Positions 38,077-48,386 of a DNA stretch of 64,000 nucleotides are shown here, piece by piece. The DNA is taken from NCBI GenBank assembly GCA_943787265.1, contig CALSLT010000044.1:1-64000 (forward strand). Reading direction: 5' to 3'. The notes beneath the pieces were generated by a model, which saw only the letters and a program-made list of their open reading frames with translations, did not search any database and was not told the origin of the DNA. The translations under genes and the position numbers were made by a program. Numbering within the stretch: position 1 is the first letter of the stretch; each line of letters opens with the position of its first letter. This DNA comes from an uncultured Planctomycetaceae bacterium. GTDB taxonomy: Bacteria > Planctomycetota > Planctomycetia > Planctomycetales > Planctomycetaceae.

Positions 38077-38087
38077 GAGACGCTGCG

Positions 38088-38513
38088 ATGCCTCGACGCC
38101 GATCACCTCGACTATCCACTGGCGAAATGGAAATCCTTTCCATGCTCTGGGAGCATGGTCCTGTCACTTTGTCAGAAGCACACGCGGCGATGGAGCAGAA
38201 GATTGGGTACACGACGGTGCAGACTCGACTTAATCGATTAGTCGATAAGTCGTTGGTCTCACGGAATTCGGAGCGGCCGGCGAAGTACGAAGCCGCGATC
38301 GCTGAGCACGAAGTCACAGCCGGTCACCTGGATTCATTGTTGGAGAGAATCGGGGATGTCCAGGTCGTTCCGTTGATTGCACATCTCGTGTCGCGGCAAA
38401 AGCTAACCGCAGACGAAATCGGCGAGCTGGAAGCGCTGATTGCTGATGCGAGGTCCGCCGATTCGGGTTCGAAGAGAACCGTTGCCCGGAAGAAGAAAGG
38501 AATGCAACGATGA
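38088..38513 (+). CDS. blaI: BlaI/MecI/CopY family transcriptional repressor
   Basis: Winged-helix (LSTGEMEILSMLWEHGPVTLSEAH...GYTTVQTRLNRLVDKSLV). GGAGA RBS before ATG 38088; the ORF track starts at 38058, inside the operator. Confidence 0.8.
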   Translation: MPRRRSPRLSTGEMEILSMLWEHGPVTLSEAHAAMEQKIGYTTVQTRLNRLVDKSLVSRNSERPAKYEAAIAEHEVTAGHLDSLLERIGDVQVVPLIAHLVSRQKLTADEIGELEALIADARSADSGSKRTVARKKKGMQR

Positions 38514-40462
38514 CTGTGCAATCCTTCTTTCTGGATGTGTCAGTTGCAGGCGGCTCGGCGATGAACATTGTGTTGTTCAACTCGCTGGCCCTCGTCGTCG
38601 GTGCTTCAGTCCTTGCCATTCTGTTGAAGTGGCTGCCGATTCGATCGGCGGCAATCAATCAGAGTTTGTGGTTGCTCGTACTGCTCGCTGGAGTCGTTTT
38701 CTTCCGCGTGCCCATTGATGTGCCATCGCCGTTTTCAGGGACGAGTCTCTTTGGTGAGCGGGTATTTCAACGAGGCAATTCAAGTGAAGGAGATGGGGAA
38801 GCGGTCGCCAGCAATGGTTTGGAAGATGAAATGCCGATGGTCGCGGTCAGCGACGAACGGGACTTGAAACTTGATAATTCACCTAACGTCGAAGTGGCGA
38901 ATCGTAGCCCGTCCACGTCAAACCAATCGGCTGGATTGCTTGTTGAGGCAGTCGAAGCCGGCGGTGTGACCGAGGCTCCAATCGTTCTAGAAGTCGAAAA
39001 CTCGCCGCCGCATTCTGTTCCTCAGCCTAGCTCCCAAATATTGAGCACCAATGCTGGAGGCGATTCTGCAGTCTCGCCTCCGTTGGAGATTGCCGACCGG
39101 CCGGTAAACGCTCGCAGAGAAAATTCTGAAGTATCGTTGCGGGACTCGTGGCAGGTAAGCCGCGCTTTGTTTCTCGTGTGGATTTCTGGCGGCTTGCTAC
39201 TGGTACTTGGCAGTGTTCTGCGTGTGTGGAAGTTTCGGCGTTTCGTGAGCGGGGACGAAGTGTCGCTTGCGGATCGCAGTGAAGTGGCACGATGGATGAG
39301 CGAATGGAATGCTGTCTGTAGTGACTTGAAAGTGCGACGAATCCCGCGCCTTTGCATTACGAAATCGATTGGGCCGGGGCTCTGTCCAAGAATCACGCGG
39401 CCGAGCCTGGTGCTGCCATTATCGCTCTGGGAAGATCTAAACGGTTCGCAACGCGAGGCCGTGCTTCGTCACGAGGCAGCTCATTTGGTGCGGCACGATC
39501 TTTGGCGATCGTTGCTGGCTCGCCTGCTCGCTCTTCCGCATTGGTTCAATCCATTCGCGTGGTTGGCCGTTCGCCGGTTTGAAGAGGCGTCTGAATGGGC
39601 GTGCGACGACGCGGCCACGAACTCCAGCATCGAGAGCGGATGCCAGTTCGCTGAATTGCTTATCTCTTTGACAAAGAAAAATGACTTCCGACCCGTCGTC
39701 GCGGGGCAGCCACTGGCAACCAACAGGTCTCTCAAAGAGCGAATCACTCGGCTGGTCAAGCACGACGAACTTCCGCATCGCTCGCTCTGGCGAACGTCGG
39801 TCCTGCTGACCGTTCCGTGCTTCGTGCTGGCAGCTTCGATCATTGACGTTCGACTGGTCGCCCAAACAGAAGAGCCTCCAAGAGAACCAACGACCGTCGC
39901 GCATGAGACTTCCCCAGCTTCCGCGACAACTCCGGACGATCATTCCTCAACCAACGCTAACTCTCCCCAGGTGAAAAAGAACTCCGAAGACAAAACTCCA
40001 GAGCCAGCAGAACGAGAAACCAGCGACACGCCTGCTTCTGTCGACGATGCGACGGTCAAAACAGCAGAGGAAACAGCCGCAGCTTCAACGTCTTCATCGA
40101 CCACATACGCGCCGGAACCATTTCCGTTGCTGCCGGGGTTTGGGTTCTCACCGTGGTACGAACTGGACGAGAACGGGCTGTGGCAACACATTGGCTGGAA
40201 GGTTTCCCTGGTCTACCTTCCCGAAGATGTCGACTCGTTCGTTCAATTAATGCAGAGCCCGCACTTCAAACACGCAGCCATTGATCTGGACAATCGTGCG
40301 TTCAGCGTCATTGGCCTGAAGCGGCTGAAGCAACTTCCAAACATCGAGGCTCTGCATCTGCGGCTTAACTTTACGGGGAGTAATTCCCATCGGTCCGGGA
40401 ATTGGATCAATCGCTCGTTTGCCACGACTGCGAATTTTGGATCTCAGCGGCCATCCAGTTGA
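38510..40462 (+). CDS. blaR1: BlaR1-type M56 peptidase sensor, N-terminal portion; frameshifted into the downstream LRR ORF
   Basis: TM helices, HEAAHLVRHD (HExxH) and M56 motifs. The C-terminus becomes LRR-like and continues in frame 0 (40419-42152) after a G4 run at 40375-40378. ATGA overlap with blaI. Confidence 0.75.
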   Translation: MTVQSFFLDVSVAGGSAMNIVLFNSLALVVGASVLAILLKWLPIRSAAINQSLWLLVLLAGVVFFRVPIDVPSPFSGTSLFGERVFQRGNSSEGDGEAVASNGLEDEMPMVAVSDERDLKLDNSPNVEVANRSPSTSNQSAGLLVEAVEAGGVTEAPIVLEVENSPPHSVPQPSSQILSTNAGGDSAVSPPLEIADRPVNARRENSEVSLRDSWQVSRALFLVWISGGLLLVLGSVLRVWKFRRFVSGDEVSLADRSEVARWMSEWNAVCSDLKVRRIPRLCITKSIGPGLCPRITRPSLVLPLSLWEDLNGSQREAVLRHEAAHLVRHDLWRSLLARLLALPHWFNPFAWLAVRRFEEASEWACDDAATNSSIESGCQFAELLISLTKKNDFRPVVAGQPLATNRSLKERITRLVKHDELPHRSLWRTSVLLTVPCFVLAASIIDVRLVAQTEEPPREPTTVAHETSPASATTPDDHSSTNANSPQVKKNSEDKTPEPAERETSDTPASVDDATVKTAEETAAASTSSSTTYAPEPFPLLPGFGFSPWYELDENGLWQHIGWKVSLVYLPEDVDSFVQLMQSPHFKHAAIDLDNRAFSVIGLKRLKQLPNIEALHLRLNFTGSNSHRSGNWINRSFATTANFGSQRPSS

Positions 40463-42152
40463 TGACCGTGCAGTTGCAACGTTGGCTGAATTTGCACCTC
40501 CACTTGAACAGCTCCGATTATACGGCACTCGAATTACGCCAAAGTCACTTGAGTCACTTGCCAGGCTGGAGCATCTTGAGGAACTTGACCTCGGAGGACT
40601 CCGGCGGTCCGATTCAACGGGTGAGAGATTCAGAATTTTCCCGCTGAGTAATCTCAAAAAACTACGCTCGCTCCGGATCGCGGTCACTGAAATTGAAGCG
40701 TTCCGACTGCCAGGTTCGTTCTCAAACCTTCAGACATTGCATCTTGAGAATCAGCGGTGGCCACGGCTGTTGGCTGCTGAATTCGAATTACTGTCGACAT
40801 TGCCGAAACTGCGAAGCCTGCATCTACCCAGGCAGGACCATACCTCTTTCTATCCGCTGCCGGACAAGATCGCCTTGCTGAAACCGCTCAGCACGCTTCG
40901 CCGGTTGACCATTTCTGGTTATGGCAGCACGCGTGAGGCTGAACGCACACGGGAGGCGGTGAGTAAGAATCTGCCGCTCGTAGAGTTTGGCGAGAACTAC
41001 ACGAACACACTGAATGACCAAACTGTTGTCAACTTCGCAGATACGCCACTTCGCGACGTGCTGGACTATCTCTCACGTCAGCATGAGCTGCCAATATTCG
41101 TTGACAAAGCGGCGTTGTTGACGAAAGACGTCGACGTTGAAGACATCGTCGATAGCTATTCTGCCAATCTGGTGCTCTCTGGTGTCACTCTTCGATCAGC
41201 GCTTCGCATCTTGCTTTCGGAATTTGACCTGGAGGCCGTTGCCCACAGAGACGGTGTGACAGTTACAACGGTTGCTGGCAATCGACTCCATCGAGTCCAC
41301 TACGATCTTTCAGAACTGCTGAGAGATACTCAGAATGGTGACAAGCTCGCAGCCGACCTTGCCACGGTGATCAAGCGGCAGGTCACGCCTGAACTGTGGG
41401 GCCGAGAGTTTCCGATGCTTCCGCTAAGCAACAAGCATATCGACGAGACAGGACTGGTGAAGATTATTCCTGCTGGCACAACGCTGATCGTGACTGCTCC
41501 GCCGCAGACGCATGGGTTGCTTCGGCCGTTCATCAAACAGTTAACTAATGGTGAGCACTCGCAATTGTTCAATGTAGAGTTACGTCGGATGATCGACACG
41601 CGTCATTCGGAACTGTCAGTTGGGAATAACCCCGATGCGAAGTTGTTTGTCAACGTGCCATTGATCGACTGTCTGAGCTATCTAAGACGAATCTACAAAT
41701 TCAACGTAGTCATCGATGCTATTAGTATGCAAAAGGCAGGCGTCACGACGAAGACACTGGTCACTCGGGATTTCAAACTGACAACTCTTGAAGATGCCCT
41801 CGACCGAATTCTGGAGCCTCTGAAGCTGACCTGGGTTTACGAGGACGATGTCATCAAGATTGTCAGTCAGAAAAGTGCAGATGCCAGATCGAGAATTGTC
41901 GTCCACCAACTGTCTGACGATTTCCTGATACCAACGGATTCGCTGAAGAAAGACGATTGGCTGAGGACGATTGAAGCTCTGTGCATTGAGGGCCTCGGCA
42001 CCACCGAGCCGCAATACGAAGTCTGGTTCAATCGTGTGATCGTGCATGCACCGTGGCGAGATCAGTATCGGCTGTCGAGAAAACTGGACGAACTGTTGTA
42101 CCGCCCGAACAGAATTCGCCGGCGGAGAAACTCGCCCGAAGAGGCGAATTGA
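40419..42152 (+). CDS. leucine-rich-repeat domain (probable C-terminal portion of the BlaR1-like protein)
   Basis: LRR repeats (LRILDLSGHPVDDRAVATLAEF..., LEHLEELDLGG...). The reading frame is open upstream to 40329; TTG start only. Confidence 0.6.
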   Translation: MPRLRILDLSGHPVDDRAVATLAEFAPPLEQLRLYGTRITPKSLESLARLEHLEELDLGGLRRSDSTGERFRIFPLSNLKKLRSLRIAVTEIEAFRLPGSFSNLQTLHLENQRWPRLLAAEFELLSTLPKLRSLHLPRQDHTSFYPLPDKIALLKPLSTLRRLTISGYGSTREAERTREAVSKNLPLVEFGENYTNTLNDQTVVNFADTPLRDVLDYLSRQHELPIFVDKAALLTKDVDVEDIVDSYSANLVLSGVTLRSALRILLSEFDLEAVAHRDGVTVTTVAGNRLHRVHYDLSELLRDTQNGDKLAADLATVIKRQVTPELWGREFPMLPLSNKHIDETGLVKIIPAGTTLIVTAPPQTHGLLRPFIKQLTNGEHSQLFNVELRRMIDTRHSELSVGNNPDAKLFVNVPLIDCLSYLRRIYKFNVVIDAISMQKAGVTTKTLVTRDFKLTTLEDALDRILEPLKLTWVYEDDVIKIVSQKSADARSRIVVHQLSDDFLIPTDSLKKDDWLRTIEALCIEGLGTTEPQYEVWFNRVIVHAPWRDQYRLSRKLDELLYRPNRIRRRRNSPEEAN

Positions 42153-42194
42153 CCACGGCAGTATGACCCGCGCGACGGCTCAGTTCAGTCTCGA

Positions 42195-42722
42195 TCAGAC
42201 AGCGTATCGGTGTGCCGTTGGAGAAGTGCCGGCAGGACTTCCACCGAAGCGGTTGTCGAGCTGAGCCTGGTGAGCGGCGTCGGCAAGTTCCTGAGCCTGC
42301 TCACGGTAACCTTCGGAAGAACGAGCCACTTCGCTGGCGTCTTCATAGGCGCCCTGATAGTCGCCTTCTTCGTAGCACAGAATTGCTCGTTTCATATATT
42401 CATCATTGAAACGAGTCACGAGCGGGAGCGGAGCGAGCAGACCGAAAAATCCTGTGACACCCAGCGTTGCGATGAAGAAGCCAACCGACAGAGCTTCTGC
42501 TCCGTAGACGAATGACAGACCTATCCCGATTGCAGCTCCGGCGCCGCCGAGCATGTTCATCAGTCGCTCGTCCGAATCCATCGGCAATCGCCGCTTGTCG
42601 GACACCAGGCTGCCAGAGCCAAAGATCATGGCACCACCAACCGCCAGAATGGCTCCAAATCCGCCAGTAAGTCCGTGAGCGACCGCAGCCATAATTGGAT
42701 CGAGGTTAACGGCGAGAAGCAT
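42195..42722 (-). CDS. hypothetical Gly-rich membrane protein
   Basis: Start taken at the internal Met (cat at 42720-42722; the ORF track extends to 42839). Glycine-zipper TM segments and an acidic C-terminal tail. Confidence 0.5.
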   Translation of the reverse strand: MLLAVNLDPIMAAVAHGLTGGFGAILAVGGAMIFGSGSLVSDKRRLPMDSDERLMNMLGGAGAAIGIGLSFVYGAEALSVGFFIATLGVTGFFGLLAPLPLVTRFNDEYMKRAILCYEEGDYQGAYEDASEVARSSEGYREQAQELADAAHQAQLDNRFGGSPAGTSPTAHRYAV

Positions 42723-43188
42723 GACTGGCCCTTCTATACATCGTAAAAAGAATTTCGACTCCAAGGATGAGCCGCAGTGGTTTCGGCAATCAAATTGTGA
42801 CTGAGTTAGTAACAGCGTCGTTCGGCAGCGCTCAGGCAACTCGCGGTCCGGAAAGCGTGGATAATCGCAACTGCCCGATTTCGGACAAAACCTAGCTCAG
42901 CACTGCGTACCGAAACGGAAATCGGCTTCGCTGAGACGGATGCACTCACAAACCATCGACGTTCGTCCTCAGAACCCTCACCAGCAGAATCAACTGGCAT
43001 CGACACATTTGCCAACCGAGAGATCAGCATCGCCATGCAACTGCCGAATCCGATTGAGCACCCGGCGCGAAAATGAAAGTTGGGTACATGGTGGGCGACC
43101 GGGGTTGTTGAAACGTGAGCCTGTCCCATAGCTTGTCGCGACTTCGTTTCCGTGCCTCGTTAACCGCTCCGGCCTCTCGGCTCACCAC

Positions 43189-45030
43189 ATGACTGCAATT
43201 CTTGGGATTTCTGCGTTTTATCATGACTCGGCCGCTGCGCTGGTTGTCGATGGTGAGATCGTTGCTGCTGCTCAGGAAGAGCGGTTTACTCGGAAGAAGC
43301 ACGACGCTCGGTTTCCGAAGCATGCCGTTGATTACTGTTTGCAGGAGGCCGGGCTGACTTCGGATCAGCTCGACTATGTCGGGTTTTACGATAAGCCGCT
43401 GCGAACGTTTGAGCGGTTGCTGGAGACGTATCTTGCCTTTGCTCCAGCCGGGTTTCGGTCGTTTCGCTCTTCGATTCCTGTTTGGCTGAAAGAGAAGCTG
43501 CATCTGCCGCGTGAGATCCGAAAGGGGCTCCGCGAGCAATACAAAGGCCGCTTCGTTTTCACGAACCATCACGAGTCGCACGCGGCCAGCGCGTTCTTCC
43601 CTTCGCCGTTCGACGAAGCGGCGATCATGACGCTCGACGGAGTCGGCGAGTGGTCGACGACGTGTCTGGGAGTCGGAAGCGGCAACAAGATCGAGCTGAC
43701 TCACGACGTGAGGTTTCCGCATTCGCTCGGGTTGTTGTATTCGGCGTTCACCTATTACACCGGCTTCAAGGTCAACAGCGGCGAGTACAAGGTCATGGGA
43801 CTGGCTCCGTACGGCGAGCCGGAGTTCAAGGACTTGATTCTTGAACACGTCATGGACCTGAAAGAGGATGGCTCGTTCCGCATGGACATGAGCTATTTCA
43901 ATTACTGCCAGGGCCTGACGATGACGTCGGACAAGTTTCATCGCTTGTTCGGCGGTCCGCCTCAGCCTGCTGAGTCAACCGTCACGCAGCGCGAAATGAA
44001 TCTGGCTGCGTCGGTTCAGGCTGTATCTGAAGAAGTCATGTTGCGAACGGCTCGGCATATTCACCAGCAGACCGGATCGAAGAATCTGGTCATGGCGGGA
44101 GGCGTTGCGCTGAACTGTGTTGGCAACGGCCGCATTCTTCGTGAAGGGCCTTTCGAGAACGTCTGGATTCAACCCGCGGCTGGCGACGCAGGTGGGGCAC
44201 TCGGTACGGCGTTGTTTATCTGGCATCAGCTTCTGGAGAAAGAACGGACGACAAACGGCAAAGACACTCAGCGGGCATCACGACTCGGGCCGGCATTTTC
44301 CGACGATCAGGTGGCAACGTACCTCGAACAGAACTCCGCCGTTTACTCAACGTGCGAAACCGACGAGCAACTTTGCGACGAAGTGGCATCGCTGATCGCC
44401 AGCGAAAAAGTCATTGGATGGTTTCAGGGACGGATGGAGTTCGGGCCTCGAGCGCTGGGTTCGCGATCGATCATCGGCGACGCTCGAAGCCAGAAGATGC
44501 AGTCCGTGATGAATCTGAAGATCAAGTTCCGGGAATCATTCCGCCCGTTCGCGCCGATCGTGTTGAAAGAGCACGTTCACGAATATTTCGAGATGCGCGA
44601 GAACGAGGACAGCCCGTACATGCTGCTGGTAGCTCCCGTTCGAGAAGAAATCCGCAATGAACTGCCGGACGATTACGAAAAGACGTTCGGCATCGACAAG
44701 CTGAATTTCTCACGGTCGAGCATTCCCGCGATCACACACGTCGACTTCTCGGCGCGAGTCCAGACCGTCGACACCGAACGCGATCCGCTGCTTCATCAGT
44801 TGATTTCACAGTTCAAACAAAAGACCGGCTGCCCCGTTCTGATCAACACAAGCTTCAACGTTCGGAGCGAACCCATCGTCTGCTCGCCGGAAGACGCCTG
44901 GCACTGCTTCCTGATGACGGATATGGATGTCCTGGTTCTCGGTCGGCATATCCTGCTCAAAGAAAAGCAGACGAAGAAAATGACAGAAGCCGACCGTGAG
45001 GCTCACCTCGCCCAATTCGAACTGGACTGA
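43189..45030 (+). CDS. carbamoyltransferase (NodU/CmcH family)
   Basis: N-terminal ILGISAFYHDSAAALVVDGEIVAAAQEERFTRKKHD (Kae1/YgjD-like fold), HHESHAASAF, and C-terminal carbamoyltransferase domain. 613 aa. Confidence 0.85.
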   Translation: MTAILGISAFYHDSAAALVVDGEIVAAAQEERFTRKKHDARFPKHAVDYCLQEAGLTSDQLDYVGFYDKPLRTFERLLETYLAFAPAGFRSFRSSIPVWLKEKLHLPREIRKGLREQYKGRFVFTNHHESHAASAFFPSPFDEAAIMTLDGVGEWSTTCLGVGSGNKIELTHDVRFPHSLGLLYSAFTYYTGFKVNSGEYKVMGLAPYGEPEFKDLILEHVMDLKEDGSFRMDMSYFNYCQGLTMTSDKFHRLFGGPPQPAESTVTQREMNLAASVQAVSEEVMLRTARHIHQQTGSKNLVMAGGVALNCVGNGRILREGPFENVWIQPAAGDAGGALGTALFIWHQLLEKERTTNGKDTQRASRLGPAFSDDQVATYLEQNSAVYSTCETDEQLCDEVASLIASEKVIGWFQGRMEFGPRALGSRSIIGDARSQKMQSVMNLKIKFRESFRPFAPIVLKEHVHEYFEMRENEDSPYMLLVAPVREEIRNELPDDYEKTFGIDKLNFSRSSIPAITHVDFSARVQTVDTERDPLLHQLISQFKQKTGCPVLINTSFNVRSEPIVCSPEDAWHCFLMTDMDVLVLGRHILLKEKQTKKMTEADREAHLAQFELD

Positions 45031-45070
45031 ATGAGGCCAGCATCAGCGGCGAACAAGTCATCCCGATTCT

Positions 45071-45748
45071 GTGTCCCGCACGTCGACAACTTTTTCGACC
45101 TTCCGAGGAACCGCCGTGTACACACCGCCCAGCTTCGTTGAAGACGATCCTGCAACACTCCACGCGTGCATCGAAGAAAACAGCTTCGCAACGCTGGTGA
45201 CGACAGATTCGTCGAGACCTTCCGTTAGCCACTTGCCGCTATTGATCGACCGCTCCGCCAGTCCGAATGGCACACTCATCGGACACATGGCCAAAGCCAA
45301 TCTTCATTGGAAAGGCATCGACAATCAGGATGCGTTGGTCATCTTTCAGGGCCCTCACGCGTACATCTCGCCGAGCTGGCTGAAGGAACGCAACGTCGTC
45401 CCGACCTGGAACTACGTGGCCGTTCACGTGACCGGCAAGGTGCAACTGGTTGATAAACCGCCTGCCCTGCTGGACATCGTGCGGCGCTACGTCGATCACT
45501 ACGAATCAACAATGCCAGCGCCGTGGCAACTGGATTCTGCCGAGCCGGACTTCATGGAGAGTCTTCTGAACGCCATCGTCGGCTTCACGATCGAAATCGA
45601 GTCGATCGAAGGCAAATGGAAACTCAACCAGAATCACTCCGAAGAACGCCGTCAGAAAATCATCGATGGCCTGCAGACATGCCCCGGTGACGACAGTGCT
45701 CAGATCGCCGACTTGATGCGGGCGACGTTCGGCGTTGCCAACTCATAG
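45071..45748 (+). CDS. PaiB-like FMN-binding transcriptional regulator family protein
   Basis: YTPPSFVEDDPATLHACIEENSFATLVT matches the PaiB N-terminus. The true start may be GTG near 45116. Confidence 0.6.
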   Translation: MSRTSTTFSTFRGTAVYTPPSFVEDDPATLHACIEENSFATLVTTDSSRPSVSHLPLLIDRSASPNGTLIGHMAKANLHWKGIDNQDALVIFQGPHAYISPSWLKERNVVPTWNYVAVHVTGKVQLVDKPPALLDIVRRYVDHYESTMPAPWQLDSAEPDFMESLLNAIVGFTIEIESIEGKWKLNQNHSEERRQKIIDGLQTCPGDDSAQIADLMRATFGVANS

Positions 45749-46030
45749 AAATCCAACGAAGGTCAGGTGGACTCAATTGTATTTGGATTCTAGCTGGTTC
45801 GCCAAAACGCGGCTGGATACTCTGTCCGTGGTTCGAAACGCTTGTGACGACTAATGATTGCTCGCAGCTTTCTGTCGTGCTGGATCTTGCTGCGATCATC
45901 AGCCTCTCGAGAGCGGGCGTCGCGACTTGGCGAGTCTTGTAGTTAATTTCTGGAAGACTCCAAAGTTGCGAAGGAACAGATTGACAATCTGTTCTGTATC
46001 CGTAGCATAAGTTTTTATCGATGGGCGGAT

Positions 46031-47002
46031 TCACATCTGAAGTGCAAAGCCGGCTTTTGTGAGAACTTCGAGTGGAGTGAGATAGTTGAGTCTCTTTCGA
46101 GGTCGATTGTTGAGCCGGTTCGTGACGTGTGCAAGGGCGTTGTGTGAGATGTCTCGGAAGTCGGTCTTCTTCGGGAAGTACTGACGCAGCAGGCCGTTGG
46201 TGTTTTCGTTTGTTGCTCGCTCGTTCGAGGAGTAGGCGTGTGCAAAGTAGATGGCGATCTGCAGACGCTTGCTCAGTTGTTCATGGCCGGAGAATTCCTT
46301 GCCGTTGTCGACGGTCAGTGTCTGACGCAGCGTTGGCGGGATGATGCGGAACGCTCGTTCTTTGGCAGCGTTCAGCCGGGCGCTGGTGCCGTTTTTCATC
46401 TTTGCTGTGATCAAAAATCCGCTCTTGCGTTCCACACAGGTCATGATCATGCCGGAGTGATCTGCACCGTGAACCGTGTCGCCCTCCCAGTCACCGAAGC
46501 GGCGGCGTGAATCGACTTTTGCCGGACGCTGCTCGATGCTGACGCGGTTTCTGATGCGGCCTCGTCCGTCAATGCCCCGACGTTTGCGATAACGACCGTG
46601 ACGCAGGAACGAGCGGAAATGGCTGCGGTATTCGCAGGTCTCCAGCCAGCGGTAGATCGTCTGATACGACACTCGTCTCGATTGTGTCCGGCGGTAATCT
46701 CGCTTCATCCGGCCAGCGATTTCTTCCGGTGACCACTCCTGAGACAATCCGCTACGGACTGACTCGTTGATGAAAGGATCGTCCATCTTCCGGATGAGCG
46801 GACGCTCGCGACGACGTCGGGCAGTTCGTTCCTGAGCGGCCACGGCTCGATAGCCTTCCGAATCCCTGTTGCGAGACAGTTCGCGACTGATGGTCGACGG
46901 AGAACGATTCAAGTGCTGAGCGATCTTTGTCGGACCAGTGCCCGAATAATGTAACTGAGAGATGACTTCGCGTTCTTCAAGAGTAAGCTGGTGGTACGGC
47001 AT
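46031..47002 (-). CDS. IS30 family transposase
   Basis: Start at Met (cat at 47000-47002) MPYHQLTLEEREVISQLHYSGTGPTKIAQHLNRSPSTISRELSRN (HTH), followed by a DDE integrase core. Confidence 0.85.
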   Translation of the reverse strand: MPYHQLTLEEREVISQLHYSGTGPTKIAQHLNRSPSTISRELSRNRDSEGYRAVAAQERTARRRRERPLIRKMDDPFINESVRSGLSQEWSPEEIAGRMKRDYRRTQSRRVSYQTIYRWLETCEYRSHFRSFLRHGRYRKRRGIDGRGRIRNRVSIEQRPAKVDSRRRFGDWEGDTVHGADHSGMIMTCVERKSGFLITAKMKNGTSARLNAAKERAFRIIPPTLRQTLTVDNGKEFSGHEQLSKRLQIAIYFAHAYSSNERATNENTNGLLRQYFPKKTDFRDISHNALAHVTNRLNNRPRKRLNYLTPLEVLTKAGFALQM

Positions 47003-47199
47003 CGCAGGTTCTCCGTTGAATAGTGCATTGTTCGCACAACTATCCAACTCCCTGCGGTGTTCACTTTCCAGCAGTAAACCGCCTCGAAGCCCATCCCGTC
47101 CGAACCAGAGCTGAGTTCTGATCCGTTGCACTTCAGATGCGGTAGCCCATGACTGGTGGACACCTGAAGGATTTCTAAGATTTCTTTCAGGAGACTTTC

Positions 47200-47505
47200 A
47201 TGTCAGAGAAAACGAAGCGAGCACGTCGTTCATTCAGTGCTGAATTTAAGCGGGACGCCGTCGATCTTGTGGTCAAGCAGGGGTACTCGTTCAAGGCGGC
47301 AGCGGACGCTGTTGGTGTTGCAGCGAAGAGTCTCAGGGATTGGCACTCGAAGCTGGCTCCAGAGCCAGAACCATGTGGTGACGACGCCTCGACCGCTGCG
47401 TTGCAGGATGAGATCAAGCATCTCAGAAAGCGTCTGCAGCGAGCTGAAATGGAACGTGAAATTCTAAAAAAAGCCACAGCGTATTTCGCGAGGGAGTCAC
47501 AATGA
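47200..47505 (+). CDS. IS3 family transposase OrfA (HTH)
   Basis: MSEKTKRARRSFSAEFKRDAVDLV is the typical IS3 OrfA. Confidence 0.85.
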   Translation: MSEKTKRARRSFSAEFKRDAVDLVVKQGYSFKAAADAVGVAAKSLRDWHSKLAPEPEPCGDDASTAALQDEIKHLRKRLQRAEMEREILKKATAYFARESQ

Positions 47506-48386
47506 AATACGCATGGATCAAGCAGCATCGTGACTCGTTTTCAGTGACGTCGATGTGTCGAACTCTCAATGTCAGCTCGAGTGGATTCTACAGGTGGCTG
47601 AAGGCCGGGCCCGGCTTGAGGGCTCAACGGTCGGCTCGAATCCGCACTTCAATTAAGCAGGTCTACGACGAGTCGCACGGGATTTATGGCAGTTACAAAA
47701 TCGCTGATCGACTCAAGGAAGATGACTCTCTGGAAACAGTCTGTCGCAACACAGTCGCAGCGGCGATGCGGGAAATGGGACTGAAAAGCAAAGTCTCAAA
47801 GAAATTTTCGCCAACGACAACGGTTTCTGATCCTTCAAAGATGGCGGCACCAAACGTTCTGAATCAGTCCTTCAAAGCAGGTGCTCCGAACAGAAAGTGG
47901 GTGACCGATATCACGTATCTGCCGACGGCAACCGGCTGGGTTTATCTGGCTGTTGTCCTGGACTTGTTCAGTCGCAAGGTTGTCGGTTGGGCGATTTCCG
48001 AAAGTCTCGCCACGCCGTTGGTCAGCTCAGCTCTTCGTAACGCTGTTGAATCGCGGAAGCCTGACACGAACGGTCTGCTTCACCACAGCGATCGAGGCTC
48101 GCAATACACCAGCGATGAATACCAGCAGACTCTGAGAACACTCAACATGATCTGCTCGATGAGTCGTACCGGATGCTGCTACGACAACGCCGTCATGGAA
48201 CGTTTCTTCTGGTCACTCAAGCACGAATGGACGAAGTTCGAAACCTTCGAGGACATCACTCAAGCAAGACTCAGCGTCTTCCAGTACATCGAAACGTTCT
48301 ACAACTCCAAGAGAATTCATCAGACCCTCGGATACAAAACACCTGACGAATTCGAAGAACAACACCAAGCAAAGCTTGCCGTCTAA
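47502..48386 (+). CDS. IS3 family transposase OrfB (DDE integrase core)
   Basis: rve-type DDE domain (HHSDRGSQYTS...). Produced with OrfA by -1 frameshifting at AAAAAAAG. Confidence 0.85.
   Translation: MKYAWIKQHRDSFSVTSMCRTLNVSSSGFYRWLKAGPGLRAQRSARIRTSIKQVYDESHGIYGSYKIADRLKEDDSLETVCRNTVAAAMREMGLKSKVSKKFSPTTTVSDPSKMAAPNVLNQSFKAGAPNRKWVTDITYLPTATGWVYLAVVLDLFSRKVVGWAISESLATPLVSSALRNAVESRKPDTNGLLHHSDRGSQYTSDEYQQTLRTLNMICSMSRTGCCYDNAVMERFFWSLKHEWTKFETFEDITQARLSVFQYIETFYNSKRIHQTLGYKTPDEFEEQHQAKLAV

Noticed and set aside
43024-43941. 305-aa ORF on the minus strand
   Set aside because: Entirely antisense to the well-supported carbamoyltransferase gene (43189-45030); Arg-rich low-complexity translation typical of GC-rich antisense frames.
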